DNA of 64,000 nt, from NCBI GenBank assembly GCA_036679605.1, contig JAZDCZ010000386.1, positions 1-64,000 on the forward strand. Reading direction: 5' to 3'. The stretch is from Gemmatimonadota bacterium. Its GTDB lineage: Bacteria; Gemmatimonadota; Gemmatimonadetes; Gemmatimonadales; GWC2-71-9. This document shows, in pieces, positions 1 to 9,000 of the stretch (position 1 is its first letter; each line of letters starts with the position of its first letter). Below the pieces are notes generated by a model that saw nothing but the letters and a program-made list of their open reading frames with translations, was not told the DNA's origin and did no database searches. A program made the position numbers and the translations under genes.

Positions 1-111
1 GTACTCGCGTGGTCAACGTGTGCCGCTCCGACGGCGACAACCGAATACGATGAGTTGGCATAGCACAATATACATGACAACCACTACCGAATCAATTGTT
101 ACAGTCCACTA
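1..111 (-). mobile_element. Possible IS630-family left end and transposase N-terminus, running off the window start
   Basis: Minus-strand ATG at 61 reads MPTHRIRLSPSERHTLTTRV, like the 'L-S-x-x-E-R-x-x-L' start of IS630 transposases. A TA-GTGGACTGTAAC candidate end lies at about 98-111. Only 20 codons are visible. Confidence 0.35.
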
Positions 112-200
112 GTTTCAAGAGTGGCTTTGATAAACTATGAAAGCAAAAAGCCGATCCGCCGTATCTGAGTATTGAGCCGAAGGACGTGCAGATTCAAATG

Positions 201-366
201 CATCTTCGCGGCATGGAGCTACAGCTTTGAGGAACGAGCTGGGAGTCGCCCGCATGTTGCGGTGCAGCAGAATCTTGCCCGCCTGATCCATGATGCAGAG
301 GTAAATGGAGCGTGCATGAAGGTCGATGCCGCAGTAGTATTGGTGTTGCTGAGTGTAGAATCTCAT
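201..366 (-). pseudogene. IS110/IS1111-family DEDD transposase, N-terminal fragment (about 55 codons)
   Basis: MRFYTQQHQYYCGIDLHARSIYLCIMDQAGKILLHRN contains the GIDLH first catalytic-Asp motif. Resemblance ends after ...CRED; the ORF runs on to a stop at 115. Confidence 0.85.
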
Positions 367-447
367 AAGGGTCTCCTCTATGAAGGGTTTCGCGACTCCA
401 GAGCTTACCTCTCGAGTAAGCTCCAGAGGAGGCCTTTATGAGTATCA
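367..447 (-). mobile_element. Non-coding left end of the IS110/IS1111 element, copy 1
   Basis: Lies directly upstream of the transposase ATG, with SD GAGGAG and hairpin GAGCTTAC-N7-GTAAGCTC. Ends in ...GGAGGCCTTTATGAGTATCA and is repeated at about 1704-1779. Confidence 0.75.
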
Positions 448-604
448 CGCAACTGCACCTGGCGGGACGCGTTCGTTCGGTAAGGAAGTCAATAGGTTTG
501 TACACCGGCGAGCGATTGTGCACGTTTGAGCCATTGATAGCAGCCTGCGGCTGCGGCCCGCCTGGTGGTGAGTCGCCCGCAGGTGATTTGCAGAGTCGTT
601 AGCT
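446..604 (+). other. Integron attC-like recombination site with its R'' box displaced by the IS insertion
   Basis: Left arm CACGCAACTGCACCTGGCGGG pairs with right arm CCCGCAGGTGATTTGC with two extrahelical bases. R'-like GTTAGCT at 598-604. Confidence 0.7.
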
Positions 605-623
605 GTACAGCCTTGGGCTCGGG

Positions 624-663
624 TTGACACGGATCGCGTACTCCATCAATCCTACTGGTAAGG
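624..663 (+). promoter_or_regulatory. Putative promoter/operator of the toxin-antitoxin cassette
   Basis: Perfect TTGACA at 624-629; the -10 is weak. Imperfect palindrome CCTACTGGTAAGG lies upstream of SD AGGAG. Confidence 0.3.
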
Positions 664-679
664 TAAACCAGGAGACCCT

Positions 680-943
680 ATGGGTACCGCTGCCACTACC
701 ACCTTGTCCTCCAAGGGCCAGGTCGTCATCCCCGAAGAGATCCGGCTGCAGCTCGGCCTGGAGCCAGGCGCGCAGTTCGTCGTGATCGCCGATCGCGATG
801 TGGTGATCTTCAAGCTCCTCGAGCCGCCCTCCCTCAAGGATTTCACTCGGCTGGTCGGTCGTGCGCGCAAGGTGGCCAAACAGACGGGGATGAAGCCTGC
901 CGACATTCCGGCTGCCGTGAAGAAGGTTCGCCGCAGGCGGTGA
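680..943 (+). CDS. AbrB/MazE/SpoVT-family antitoxin
   Basis: TTLSSKGQVVIPEEIRLQLGLEPG is the swapped-hairpin signature; SD AGGAG upstream. Confidence 0.9.
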   Translation: MGTAATTTLSSKGQVVIPEEIRLQLGLEPGAQFVVIADRDVVIFKLLEPPSLKDFTRLVGRARKVAKQTGMKPADIPAAVKKVRRRR

Positions 944-1092
944 GAGTCATACTCGACTCGAAGAACACGTTCCGTGAGACGTGCGAAAGTATGCAATGCC
1001 TCGTTGTCGGCACGGGCATTCGGAAAGCTCTGCGCGGCCTTGGCCGTGAGCGCGGGCCCCTCGCGGGCTTCCGCTCGGGTCTCCGGCAGTGA
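940..1092 (+). pseudogene. Truncated PIN-domain toxin remnant
   Basis: GTG overlaps the antitoxin stop (GTGA) and reads MRVILDS, like the MRVxLDTN start of PIN toxins. It then runs into unrelated sequence and stops after 50 codons. Confidence 0.55.
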
Positions 1093-1385
1093 CTTTGATC
1101 AGAATCCACTTTGACTTAAGCCAAAGTCAATTTGAGGCAGGCATGACGTAAGTGACTTTGCTATGAAGTCAATTGACGTTCCTCTATTCCCACTTATACC
1201 TTGGCGTCCTCTAACTGACTTAGAGTCAGAGTCACATGACTCTCTCTCGATTCCAGTTTCGACCAGTAGGCCCCACATTGGCTTAGAACCGAAGTCACTT
1301 GACTTAAGCACGAATCCATTTAGCGACCGCCGTTTCGAAACCAACTTTGACACAAAGTCGGTTGACTTTCCGTCATTTCCACTTA
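1090..1385. repeat. Degenerate palindromic tandem array: 21-nt unit TGACTT-N7-AAGTCA-NN in a 63-nt higher-order period, about 5 copies
   Basis: Units start at 1090, 1153, 1216, 1279 and 1342. AAGTCA-NN-TGACTT-like cores at 1166, 1229, 1292 and 1355 are spaced exactly 63 nt apart. Confidence 0.75.
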
Positions 1386-1485
1386 GGAGGGGGCCGATCC
1401 CGCTTTCCCGAGGGCCATCGGCGGCTCGAGGAGCCCGTCTCCCTCTCGGCGGCTGACCGGTTTCAAGTTCCCAAGGAGGTGTCCT

Positions 1486-1716
1486 GTGGCTCGTTTTCCC
1501 AAGTCGGAGGCCAAGGTCGCGCAGCTCGCACAGCAGATCGCCGACGGGCTGGCTGGTGCGGCGGATGATTTTCCCTCGCCGCCCGTGCCGTCGGCGACCC
1601 TCAAGGCTCAGCTCGATGACTATCAGATGAAGCGCGCCGCGCTCGCCGCATACCGCGCCCAGCGCCGCAAGCGCGGCGGTGCTGTAGCCGAGGTGGGAAG
1701 ACGTCCTCCTCGGTGA
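1486..1716 (+). pseudogene. N-terminal fragment of a hypothetical protein (homologs recalled as helical domain plus FN3)
   Basis: SD AAGGAGG then GTG; MARFPKSEAKVAQLAQQIADGLAGAADDFPSPPVP. The frame degenerates after about 55 codons and runs into the IS end. The family assignment is from memory. Confidence 0.5.
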
Positions 1717-1779
1717 ATGGTTTCAGACTCCACAGCTTACCTCTCGAGTATGCTCCAGAGGAGGCCTTTATGAGTATCA
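1704..1779 (-). mobile_element. Solo copy of the IS110/IS1111 left end, copy 2, with no transposase
   Basis: GACTCCACAGCTTACCTCTCGAGTATGCTCCAGAGGAGGCCTTTATGAGTATCA is nearly identical to 394-447. Confidence 0.75.
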
Positions 1780-2598
1780 AGGAATATCGAATGTAGAAGC
1801 GTCCCGCACCGCTCTCATCACTTCCGCGGGATGACTGAGTGGCAGTCCATGTCCTGCTCCCGGCACCAGCCGTAGTTCTGCGCCGCGAATCCCGTTGGCC
1901 AGATCTTCAGCGACTGATTTGGCGAACAGAGGATCGTGGGTGCCATGTAGCACCACGGTCCGAGCGTCGATTTTACCCAGTCGCTTTCTCACGTCGAATC
2001 CCCGCATCGCCAGCCTGAACGAACGCATGGCGCGCCAGTCAGTATTGCGCCAGACGCCCAAGTCGATGGCGAGATCCGAGCTGCTGGGCAGCGCCCCAAA
2101 GTCCACGGGGCTAGTTGCGAGGGTCCCTCGGCAAAAGAGGCGCTTTACCGTTCTTGTTGTTACGGGGAGATTCCAGAACGGCATGAGTTTGGAGATGCCG
2201 AGCCGCAGCTCGTGGTCGCCGATGCGTGCCAGCCGGACTCGCACGCTTTCGTACATTGGACCGGCAGTGGTGGCGATGAGCACCAATCCGTCTATTCGCG
2301 CCAGACCCCGAGAATCGTGAGACAGCAGCCAATCGAGCGCCAGCATGCCACCGAAGCTATGGGCCACCACGATCCTGTGTCCCGTTTCCCACTCCCTCGA
2401 CAGCGACAAACGGTCATCTAGGGCCGTTTGATAGGCGCGCATCCGAGTGGCGCCCGTGCCGATTCCCGTGCCATCGGCACCGAGCGGTACCGTGCTCCAA
2501 TCCGGGGCGATTGTAGCAATGCCAAGGTCGGGGAAGATGCTGGAGTTGAGCCCCATTCCCGGGAGCAGCAGTGCCACCGGCGTACCCTGTTGTTTCAT
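1777..2598 (-). CDS. Alpha/beta-fold hydrolase
   Basis: LLPG oxyanion region, AHSFGG nucleophile elbow, HGTHD acid and GAGH histidine. Confidence 0.9.
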   Translation of the reverse strand: MKQQGTPVALLLPGMGLNSSIFPDLGIATIAPDWSTVPLGADGTGIGTGATRMRAYQTALDDRLSLSREWETGHRIVVAHSFGGMLALDWLLSHDSRGLARIDGLVLIATTAGPMYESVRVRLARIGDHELRLGISKLMPFWNLPVTTRTVKRLFCRGTLATSPVDFGALPSSSDLAIDLGVWRNTDWRAMRSFRLAMRGFDVRKRLGKIDARTVVLHGTHDPLFAKSVAEDLANGIRGAELRLVPGAGHGLPLSHPAEVMRAVRDASTFDIP

Positions 2599-2637
2599 CG
2601 GCTCGATCCTGGCCCGGCCATTCTGCAGTTGCTGTCC

Positions 2638-2681
2638 TAGGTTAACGGTGTTAGGTTAACAGTGTTAGGTTAACGGTGTTA
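2638..2681. promoter_or_regulatory. Three tandem 14-bp units (TAGGTTAACRGTGT), each with a TAAC-N3-GTTA palindrome; likely TetR operators
   Basis: Direct repeats at 2638, 2652 and 2666 in the divergent gap between the hydrolase and tetR. Confidence 0.7.
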
Positions 2682-2734
2682 AGCTGGTTGAATTCTTACT
2701 ACCTACACCAAAATGTAAGTGCATAAGGGGTCCA

Positions 2735-3400
2735 ATGACTGGACGAGCGATGGAGGAGACCGAGAGCAAACGACCTAAGTCTCCGGATGTCGAGGCGGCG
2801 ATCCTGGGGGCGGCCCGCGATCTCCTGGCAAGCGGCGGGGAGGAGGGGCTCTCAATGCGGCTCGTAGCGGAACAGGTGGGTATCAGTGCCACGGCCATCT
2901 ACCACTACTTCGGCAACAAGCAGGATCTCTTGGACCGCGTGGTCCACAAAGGATTTCAGCGGTTCGGGTCGTATCTGGAGGACGCGATGGCCGAGCACCC
3001 GGAAGGCTCGCTCGAGAGAATGGGCGCTCTCGGCAAGGCATATCTCCGTTTTGCGTTGGAGAATAGGGCCTACTTCAGAGTGATCTTTTCTCTTCGCTCC
3101 GAGAATCCGAGCGACCGGCCGGAGTTGCCGGAAGGCGGTGGGTACCACCTGATGCGGAAGGAGATCAAGGCGGCGATCGCAGCAGGGAACATTCGGGATG
3201 TCGATCCGGATCTTCTCTCCATGTACCTGTGGAGTTCGGTCCACGGTTTGGTGACACTGGCGCTGTGCGGCGCCATTGAACGCAGCCATTTCAAGGGTAT
3301 GCCGTCTCCCTACGACCTATACGATGCCTTCCGTCCACTTAGGGCTGATGGTTTGAGACCCAGGGGCGCTGACTTGGGCTCGCAGGAGGAGGTGCATTGA
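2735..3400 (+). CDS. TetR/AcrR-family regulator with WHG-like C-terminal domain
   Basis: HTH LSMRLVAEQVGISATAIYHYFGNK and C-terminal WSSVHG. The start could be 2750. Confidence 0.93.
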   Translation: MTGRAMEETESKRPKSPDVEAAILGAARDLLASGGEEGLSMRLVAEQVGISATAIYHYFGNKQDLLDRVVHKGFQRFGSYLEDAMAEHPEGSLERMGALGKAYLRFALENRAYFRVIFSLRSENPSDRPELPEGGGYHLMRKEIKAAIAAGNIRDVDPDLLSMYLWSSVHGLVTLALCGAIERSHFKGMPSPYDLYDAFRPLRADGLRPRGADLGSQEEVH

Positions 3401-4893
3401 GCAAGAGAATCGTGTTATCTGTGCTCGGGACACTGTCGGTGCTCGCCTCTCCCTTCGGATCCGCACAGGCTGTGGCTCAATCAGCTGGTGAGCCCGAAGT
3501 AATCTCTCTGACCAGAGCCTTACAAATCGCTCTCGCGAGCAGCCAAACTCTGAGAGACGCGGAACTGGGTCTGGATGTTGCGCGCCAGCAAGTGAGGGAA
3601 GCCTTTGGCAGTGTTCTTCCGGATGTCAGCGCGACTGCGTCGTATTCCCGCAACCTAAAGGTGCAGCAGGGATTTCTTCCGGCCGTAATCTTTGATCCCA
3701 CCGCTTCACGCGATCAGCTGGTTCCGATCCGGTTTGGATCCGACAACACTTGGTTGGCTGGCCTCAACGCAAGCCAACCCCTCTTCCAGATGGACGCGTT
3801 CGTCGCGCTGGGAGCTGCCGGTCGTTTTCGAGAATTCCAACGCGAGATTGTAAGAGGAACTGCGCAGGAGGTAGTGACATTGGTTCGCATCTCCTACCTC
3901 AACGCGCTCCTGGCTGAAGAGAATGTCCGCCTTACGGAGAACAGCGTGGCTCGGGTTCGTAAAACAGTGGACGAGACTAGGGCGCTGAATCGTGCCGGCA
4001 TGGCGAGCGACTATGATGTTCTGAGGCTTGAAGTCCAACTCGGCAATCTCGAGCCCAACCTGCGCCGCGCCCAATTCGACTTAGGGAGAGCGAGTCGGAC
4101 GCTGTTGGTCGAGATGGGTGTCGATCCGGAGATGCCAATCGAGTTGGAGGGACGTCTGAACGAGATCGATATCAACGACATTTCCAACAACAGCACAGAG
4201 AACGCCGCCCTGTTGCGTGTCTCCGGAGTTGAGGTGTCTTCAGACGCAGATCTCGAAGGAACAGTGGCGTTGGCTTTGCGGGAGCGCAGTGACGTGCGAC
4301 AGCTTCGTTCGCAGATTCTGCTCAACGAGGCACAGGTACAGGTAGAGCGAGCGGATTTCTTCCCTACACTGAGCGTTTTCTCCAACTACAACGTGACTGC
4401 GCAGCAGGACGGCAGTCCGGCTTTCTTTGGAAGGTCTTCCAACCAGCGTACGACGAGCGCTGTGGCGGGACTGAGAGTCGAAGTCCCGATCTTCAGAGGT
4501 TTGAGTCGTGACGCGCGTGTTCAGCAGGCTAAAGCCGCGGTGCGACAGACCGAGACACGGCTGGAGCGCCTTCAGCGTCAGGCTGCTAACGAACTTCACA
4601 CGTTAATGGATGATGTACGTGAGGCGCACCAGCGTGCCCAAAGCCAGACCCGCGCGGTTGGCCAAGCGGAACGTGGGTTCGAGATAGCTTCCGCCGAGTA
4701 CCGAGCCGGGGTCGGATCACAGCTTCAGATCACCGATGCAGAGGTGGCGCTGAGAGAGTCGGAATTCAACTACGCGCAGGCAGTGTATGACTATCTGGTG
4801 GCGCGCGCGCGGCTCGATGCGGCGATTGGAGCGGTGCCGGAGGAGGCAGGTATGCTGGCATCGCGGGGCAACAAACAAGAAGAAGGCAGATGA
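3397..4893 (+). CDS. TolC-family outer membrane efflux protein
   Basis: Signal peptide, two OEP repeats (LPDVSATASY, FFPTLSVFSNY) and position in the RND operon. Confidence 0.93.
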   Translation: MSKRIVLSVLGTLSVLASPFGSAQAVAQSAGEPEVISLTRALQIALASSQTLRDAELGLDVARQQVREAFGSVLPDVSATASYSRNLKVQQGFLPAVIFDPTASRDQLVPIRFGSDNTWLAGLNASQPLFQMDAFVALGAAGRFREFQREIVRGTAQEVVTLVRISYLNALLAEENVRLTENSVARVRKTVDETRALNRAGMASDYDVLRLEVQLGNLEPNLRRAQFDLGRASRTLLVEMGVDPEMPIELEGRLNEIDINDISNNSTENAALLRVSGVEVSSDADLEGTVALALRERSDVRQLRSQILLNEAQVQVERADFFPTLSVFSNYNVTAQQDGSPAFFGRSSNQRTTSAVAGLRVEVPIFRGLSRDARVQQAKAAVRQTETRLERLQRQAANELHTLMDDVREAHQRAQSQTRAVGQAERGFEIASAEYRAGVGSQLQITDAEVALRESEFNYAQAVYDYLVARARLDAAIGAVPEEAGMLASRGNKQEEGR

Positions 4894-6050
4894 TGCAGAT
4901 ACGCAGGACGAAGTCATATCTAGATAGATCGTTGGGTTTGGCGAAGCAGATCTCAGTGCCAGTGTTGGGGTTGGGACTGGCGTTTGCAGTTCCGGCCTGC
5001 TCGCGAGTGGAGGGTGACTCGGCGAGTGCTGTAGAGCAGGCGCCTCTCGCCGCGCAATCGGGTGTGCGAATCACAAACGTCGCGGTGACACCAGTGACGA
5101 GAACAGACTTCACGGGCTTTATCAAAGTGACGGGTGAAGTCGAGGCACTGGACGATGTAATTGTCTCAGCGGAAGAGACAGGGAGAATCCTTCGCTTTTA
5201 CGCGGTCAAGGGCCAGCGTGTTCGACGCGGTCAGCGCATCGCAAAGATAGACGACAGTTTTATTGCTGCCCAAGTCCGTGAGGCTCGTGCTTCTGCCAAA
5301 CTTGCGCAGGAAGAGTGGGAACGTCAGCGGCAGTTGTGGGAAGAGGACAGCATGGGCACGGAGATGACGTACTTACAACGAAAATACCAGGCTGACATCG
5401 CGGCGTCCCGCCTGGCGCAATTGGAGACACGATGGGGCCGAACGGTGATCCGTGCACCGATCAGCGGCGTGTTCGACGAAAAATACCTGGACCAGGGCGA
5501 GATGGCGATTCCAGGGGCGGCCGTAGCGCGCATAGTGTCTGCTGATAAGGTCAAGATCTCCGCGGGCGTTCCGGAGCGGTTTGTCATGTCCGTTAATAAG
5601 GGCGACAGCGCCACTGTCACCTTCGCGATCTTTCCGGGCCGCGAGTTCGTTGGGCGTGTCATTTTTGTGGGGAGCAGTGTGGAGCAAGACAGTCGCACGT
5701 TTCCGGTCGAGATCGTGCTCACCAACCCCGTGGGGATAATGAAGCCCGCCATGGTGGCCAACGTAAGAGTGCAGCGCGAACATCTCGACAATGTCATCAT
5801 CGTTCCTCAGCACGTCGTGCTTCGATCTGCTACCGGATACAAGGTGTTCGTTGCGGTAGAGGATGACTATTTGGTGGCCAGGGCTCGGCCTGTAACCCTC
5901 GGGCCGGTATCGGGGAACAGTGTTGTGATCGAAGATGGTCTCGATGTAGGGGATCTCTTGATTACGCTGGGCCAGCAGTTGGTGGATAACGAAAGTCGCA
6001 TCCGGTTGGTTGACCGGGACTCAACGGCATCACTCGAGGGAGCCCGTTAG
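4890..6050 (+). CDS. RND efflux periplasmic adaptor (MFP)
   Basis: Lipobox-like VPAC, VSAEETGRI, IRAPISG and SRTFPV motifs. Confidence 0.93.
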   Translation: MMQIRRTKSYLDRSLGLAKQISVPVLGLGLAFAVPACSRVEGDSASAVEQAPLAAQSGVRITNVAVTPVTRTDFTGFIKVTGEVEALDDVIVSAEETGRILRFYAVKGQRVRRGQRIAKIDDSFIAAQVREARASAKLAQEEWERQRQLWEEDSMGTEMTYLQRKYQADIAASRLAQLETRWGRTVIRAPISGVFDEKYLDQGEMAIPGAAVARIVSADKVKISAGVPERFVMSVNKGDSATVTFAIFPGREFVGRVIFVGSSVEQDSRTFPVEIVLTNPVGIMKPAMVANVRVQREHLDNVIIVPQHVVLRSATGYKVFVAVEDDYLVARARPVTLGPVSGNSVVIEDGLDVGDLLITLGQQLVDNESRIRLVDRDSTASLEGAR

Positions 6051-6051
6051 T

Positions 6052-9000
6052 ATGGCGGTACATGTAGAACGCGGAGAATTCAAGGAGTTTTGGCTTACAT
6101 CGCTCGCGGTCGACCACCCGACGAGCGTTCTGGTTCTAGCCGCGATAATAGTGATCTCCGGTTTCAGTGCCTACCTGGCGATCCCCCGTGAATCCAGTCC
6201 GGAGATTACGGTACCGAATATCGTTGTGAACACGATCTACACCGGTGTAGCCCCAAAGGACATTGAGACTCTCATTACCCGGCCTCTCGAGGACGAGCTG
6301 AACACGATTGCCGATGTCAAGACCATCACATCCACGTCGATCGAAGGCTACTCGAGCATCAACGTAGAGTTCGATGCCGGCACGGATATGAACGAAGCGT
6401 TGCAAGAAGTGCGAGAGAAGGTCGATATCGCCAAGCCAGACTTGCCTGGCGCTGCAGAGGATCCGGGGATCTTCGAGATCAATTTCTCGGAGTTTCCGAT
6501 AATGCAGGTCAACATATCGGGTGATTACGATCTGGTCCGGCTGCGAGACGTGGCGGAGGACCTGCAGGACCGCATCGAGCAGATCCCGAGTGTGCTGGAG
6601 GCGTCTCTCGCAGGAGGATTAGAGCGTGAGGTCCAGGTCGATGTCGATCTGGCAAGACTCAAGTTCTACGATCTCGAGTTTCAAGATGTCATCGACGCCA
6701 TCCGAGACGAAAACGTAACGATTCCGGGCGGCTCGATCGATGTGGGAGACGTAAAATATCTGGTCAGAATCCCCGGTGAGTTCGAGGTACCCAGTCTGAT
6801 CTCCGACATCGTTCTCAAGGCCCGCAGCGGACAGCCGATCTACGTTCGCGACGTGGCTTCGGTAGACTTCGGGTTCAAGGAGCGAGAGAGCTTTGCGCGG
6901 CTCGATCGCAAACCTGTGGTGACGTTGGGTGTGTCTAAGCGAAGCGGCGACAACATCATTGAGACCGCCGATGCTGTGCGCAGCGCCGTGGCTGAGATGG
7001 AAGGTGAGTTTCCACCCGGCACCGTAGTGAAGATCACCTCCGATCAATCAGATCGGATCAGAGACATGGTGAGCAACCTCGAGAACAATATCATCTCCGG
7101 TCTCATCCTGGTCGTTGGAGTTCTGCTATTCGTGTTGGGCGTTCAGACGGCGTCGTTCGTGGGCCTGGCGATTCCGCTTTCGATGCTCTTGTCGTTCAGT
7201 ATCATGCAACTCATCGGTTTCACGATGAACATGGTGGTGCTGTTCAGTCTCATTCTCGCGCTGGGGATGTTGGTAGACAATGGAATCGTAGTTGTCGAAA
7301 ACATTTATCGGTTTCGTGAGAAGGGATTTGATCGTACTAGAGCTGCCAAGGTGGGTACCGGGGAGGTTGCCGTCCCGATCATTGCGTCTACCGCCACTAC
7401 GTTAGCTGCGTTCGCTCCTCTGGCGTTTTGGCCCGGCCTCATCGGCGAGTTCATGAAGTTCATGCCGCTCACCCTCATCATCACGATCAGTTCATCGCTG
7501 TTTGTGGCTCTCGTAATCAATCCGGTTTTATGCGCGTTGATGCTCAATACCGAGGAAACCCACAGGGCGAACCTGCCACCTGCCACAAAGAAGGTGTTGA
7601 TCGGGGCTGCTGTCCTTGCGCTCTTGATCGGCTTGCGACTGGATTGGTTTGTGACCGTGCTCCTCACGGTCACGGTAGTAACGATGTTTGTCGTCTATCG
7701 GCATGTCATGCATCCGGTGGGTCACAAGTTCATGACTAGCGGTATGCCCGCGATGCTCCGCCGCTATGAGATGGTTTTACAATGGGCGCTACGGCATCGT
7801 TTCGTGATGCTTGCAGGTGCAGCGTTCTCGTTCATCTTGGCGATCGTGGCCTTCGGAGTGTTCAACGCCGGCATAGAACTGTTCCCTGAGAATATCCCAC
7901 CCTCGCAAGCATTTGTTCAAATAGAGGCGCCCAACGGCACTCGGGTCGAACAGACCGATCTCGTCGCTGATCGTGTCGAGCAGGTCGTGAAGGAAGTTAT
8001 TCCCGCTCATGATATCGAGTCGGTGGTGGCAACCGTGGGTCAGAGTGCTGCAGGAGGGTTCGGTGGCGGGGCTGGCAGCGGCGGGCGAGGCACCCACCTG
8101 GCCACTGTCGCAGTGAATTTCATCGATTACCAGGACCGGTCGCGGGATGTTTCTACCGTGATGGAGGAGGTCAGGCAGAGGCTGGAACTGGAGATCGCTG
8201 GCGCGGACATATCAGTCGATTTCGTGACGCCAGGTCCGCCGACGGGCAAACCCGTGACGGTGGAGATCGCCGGTGAGGATCCCACTTTGCTCAAGAGGTT
8301 GGGTGACGACGTAGTAACACTGCTCGAGCGCTCCCCCGTATTTGCCAAGCTCGATGGTTTGGAGAGTGACATGTCGAGGGGACGGCCGGAACTCGTTGTC
8401 GACGTAGATCGCGAAAAAGCCGCCCTCTACGGTCTGAACACGAGGGACATAGGGTTCACGGTGAGAAGCGCTATCAATGGAACTGAGGCCTCCAAGTACC
8501 GCGATGGGAAAGACGAGTATGACATCACTGTTCGTCTGGCGAAGGAGTATCGTGACAACCTGGCAGCACTGGCAGATCTGAACGTAGTGGCAGACGGACA
8601 ACAGATACCACTGTCTTCTGTCGCGACTTGGCGGGTTAGTGAGGGATTCGGTGGGATCAACCGCAAGGATCTCAACAAAGTTGTCACTGTATCGTCGGAC
8701 GTACGGTCAGGATACAATGGGATCGCCGTTTTGAGAGAGGTGAAGGAAGATCTGGCGGAGTTTCAAAGAACGTTGCCGGCGGGGTATGCGCTGAGCTATG
8801 CCGGACAGGCGCAGGATCAGGAAGAATCTAGGGCGTTTCTCCTGGGCGCTTTCTTCACAGGCGTGTTTCTGATCGGATTCATTCTAGTAACACAATTCGA
8901 TTCCATAACGAAGCCGGCGATCATTCTGAGTTCTGTCGTTCTGTCGATCGTGGGTGTGTTGATCGGCTTAATGGTGTTTCGGATGCCGTTCGGCATCATC

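Noticed and set aside
1090..1385. CRISPR array (27-nt repeat plus 36-nt spacer geometry)
   Set aside because: The repeats are too divergent, the 'spacers' share a 21-nt sub-periodic motif, and no cas genes are in the window.
446..1779. Complete integron
   Set aside because: No intI or attI is visible and only one attC-like site was found in the window.
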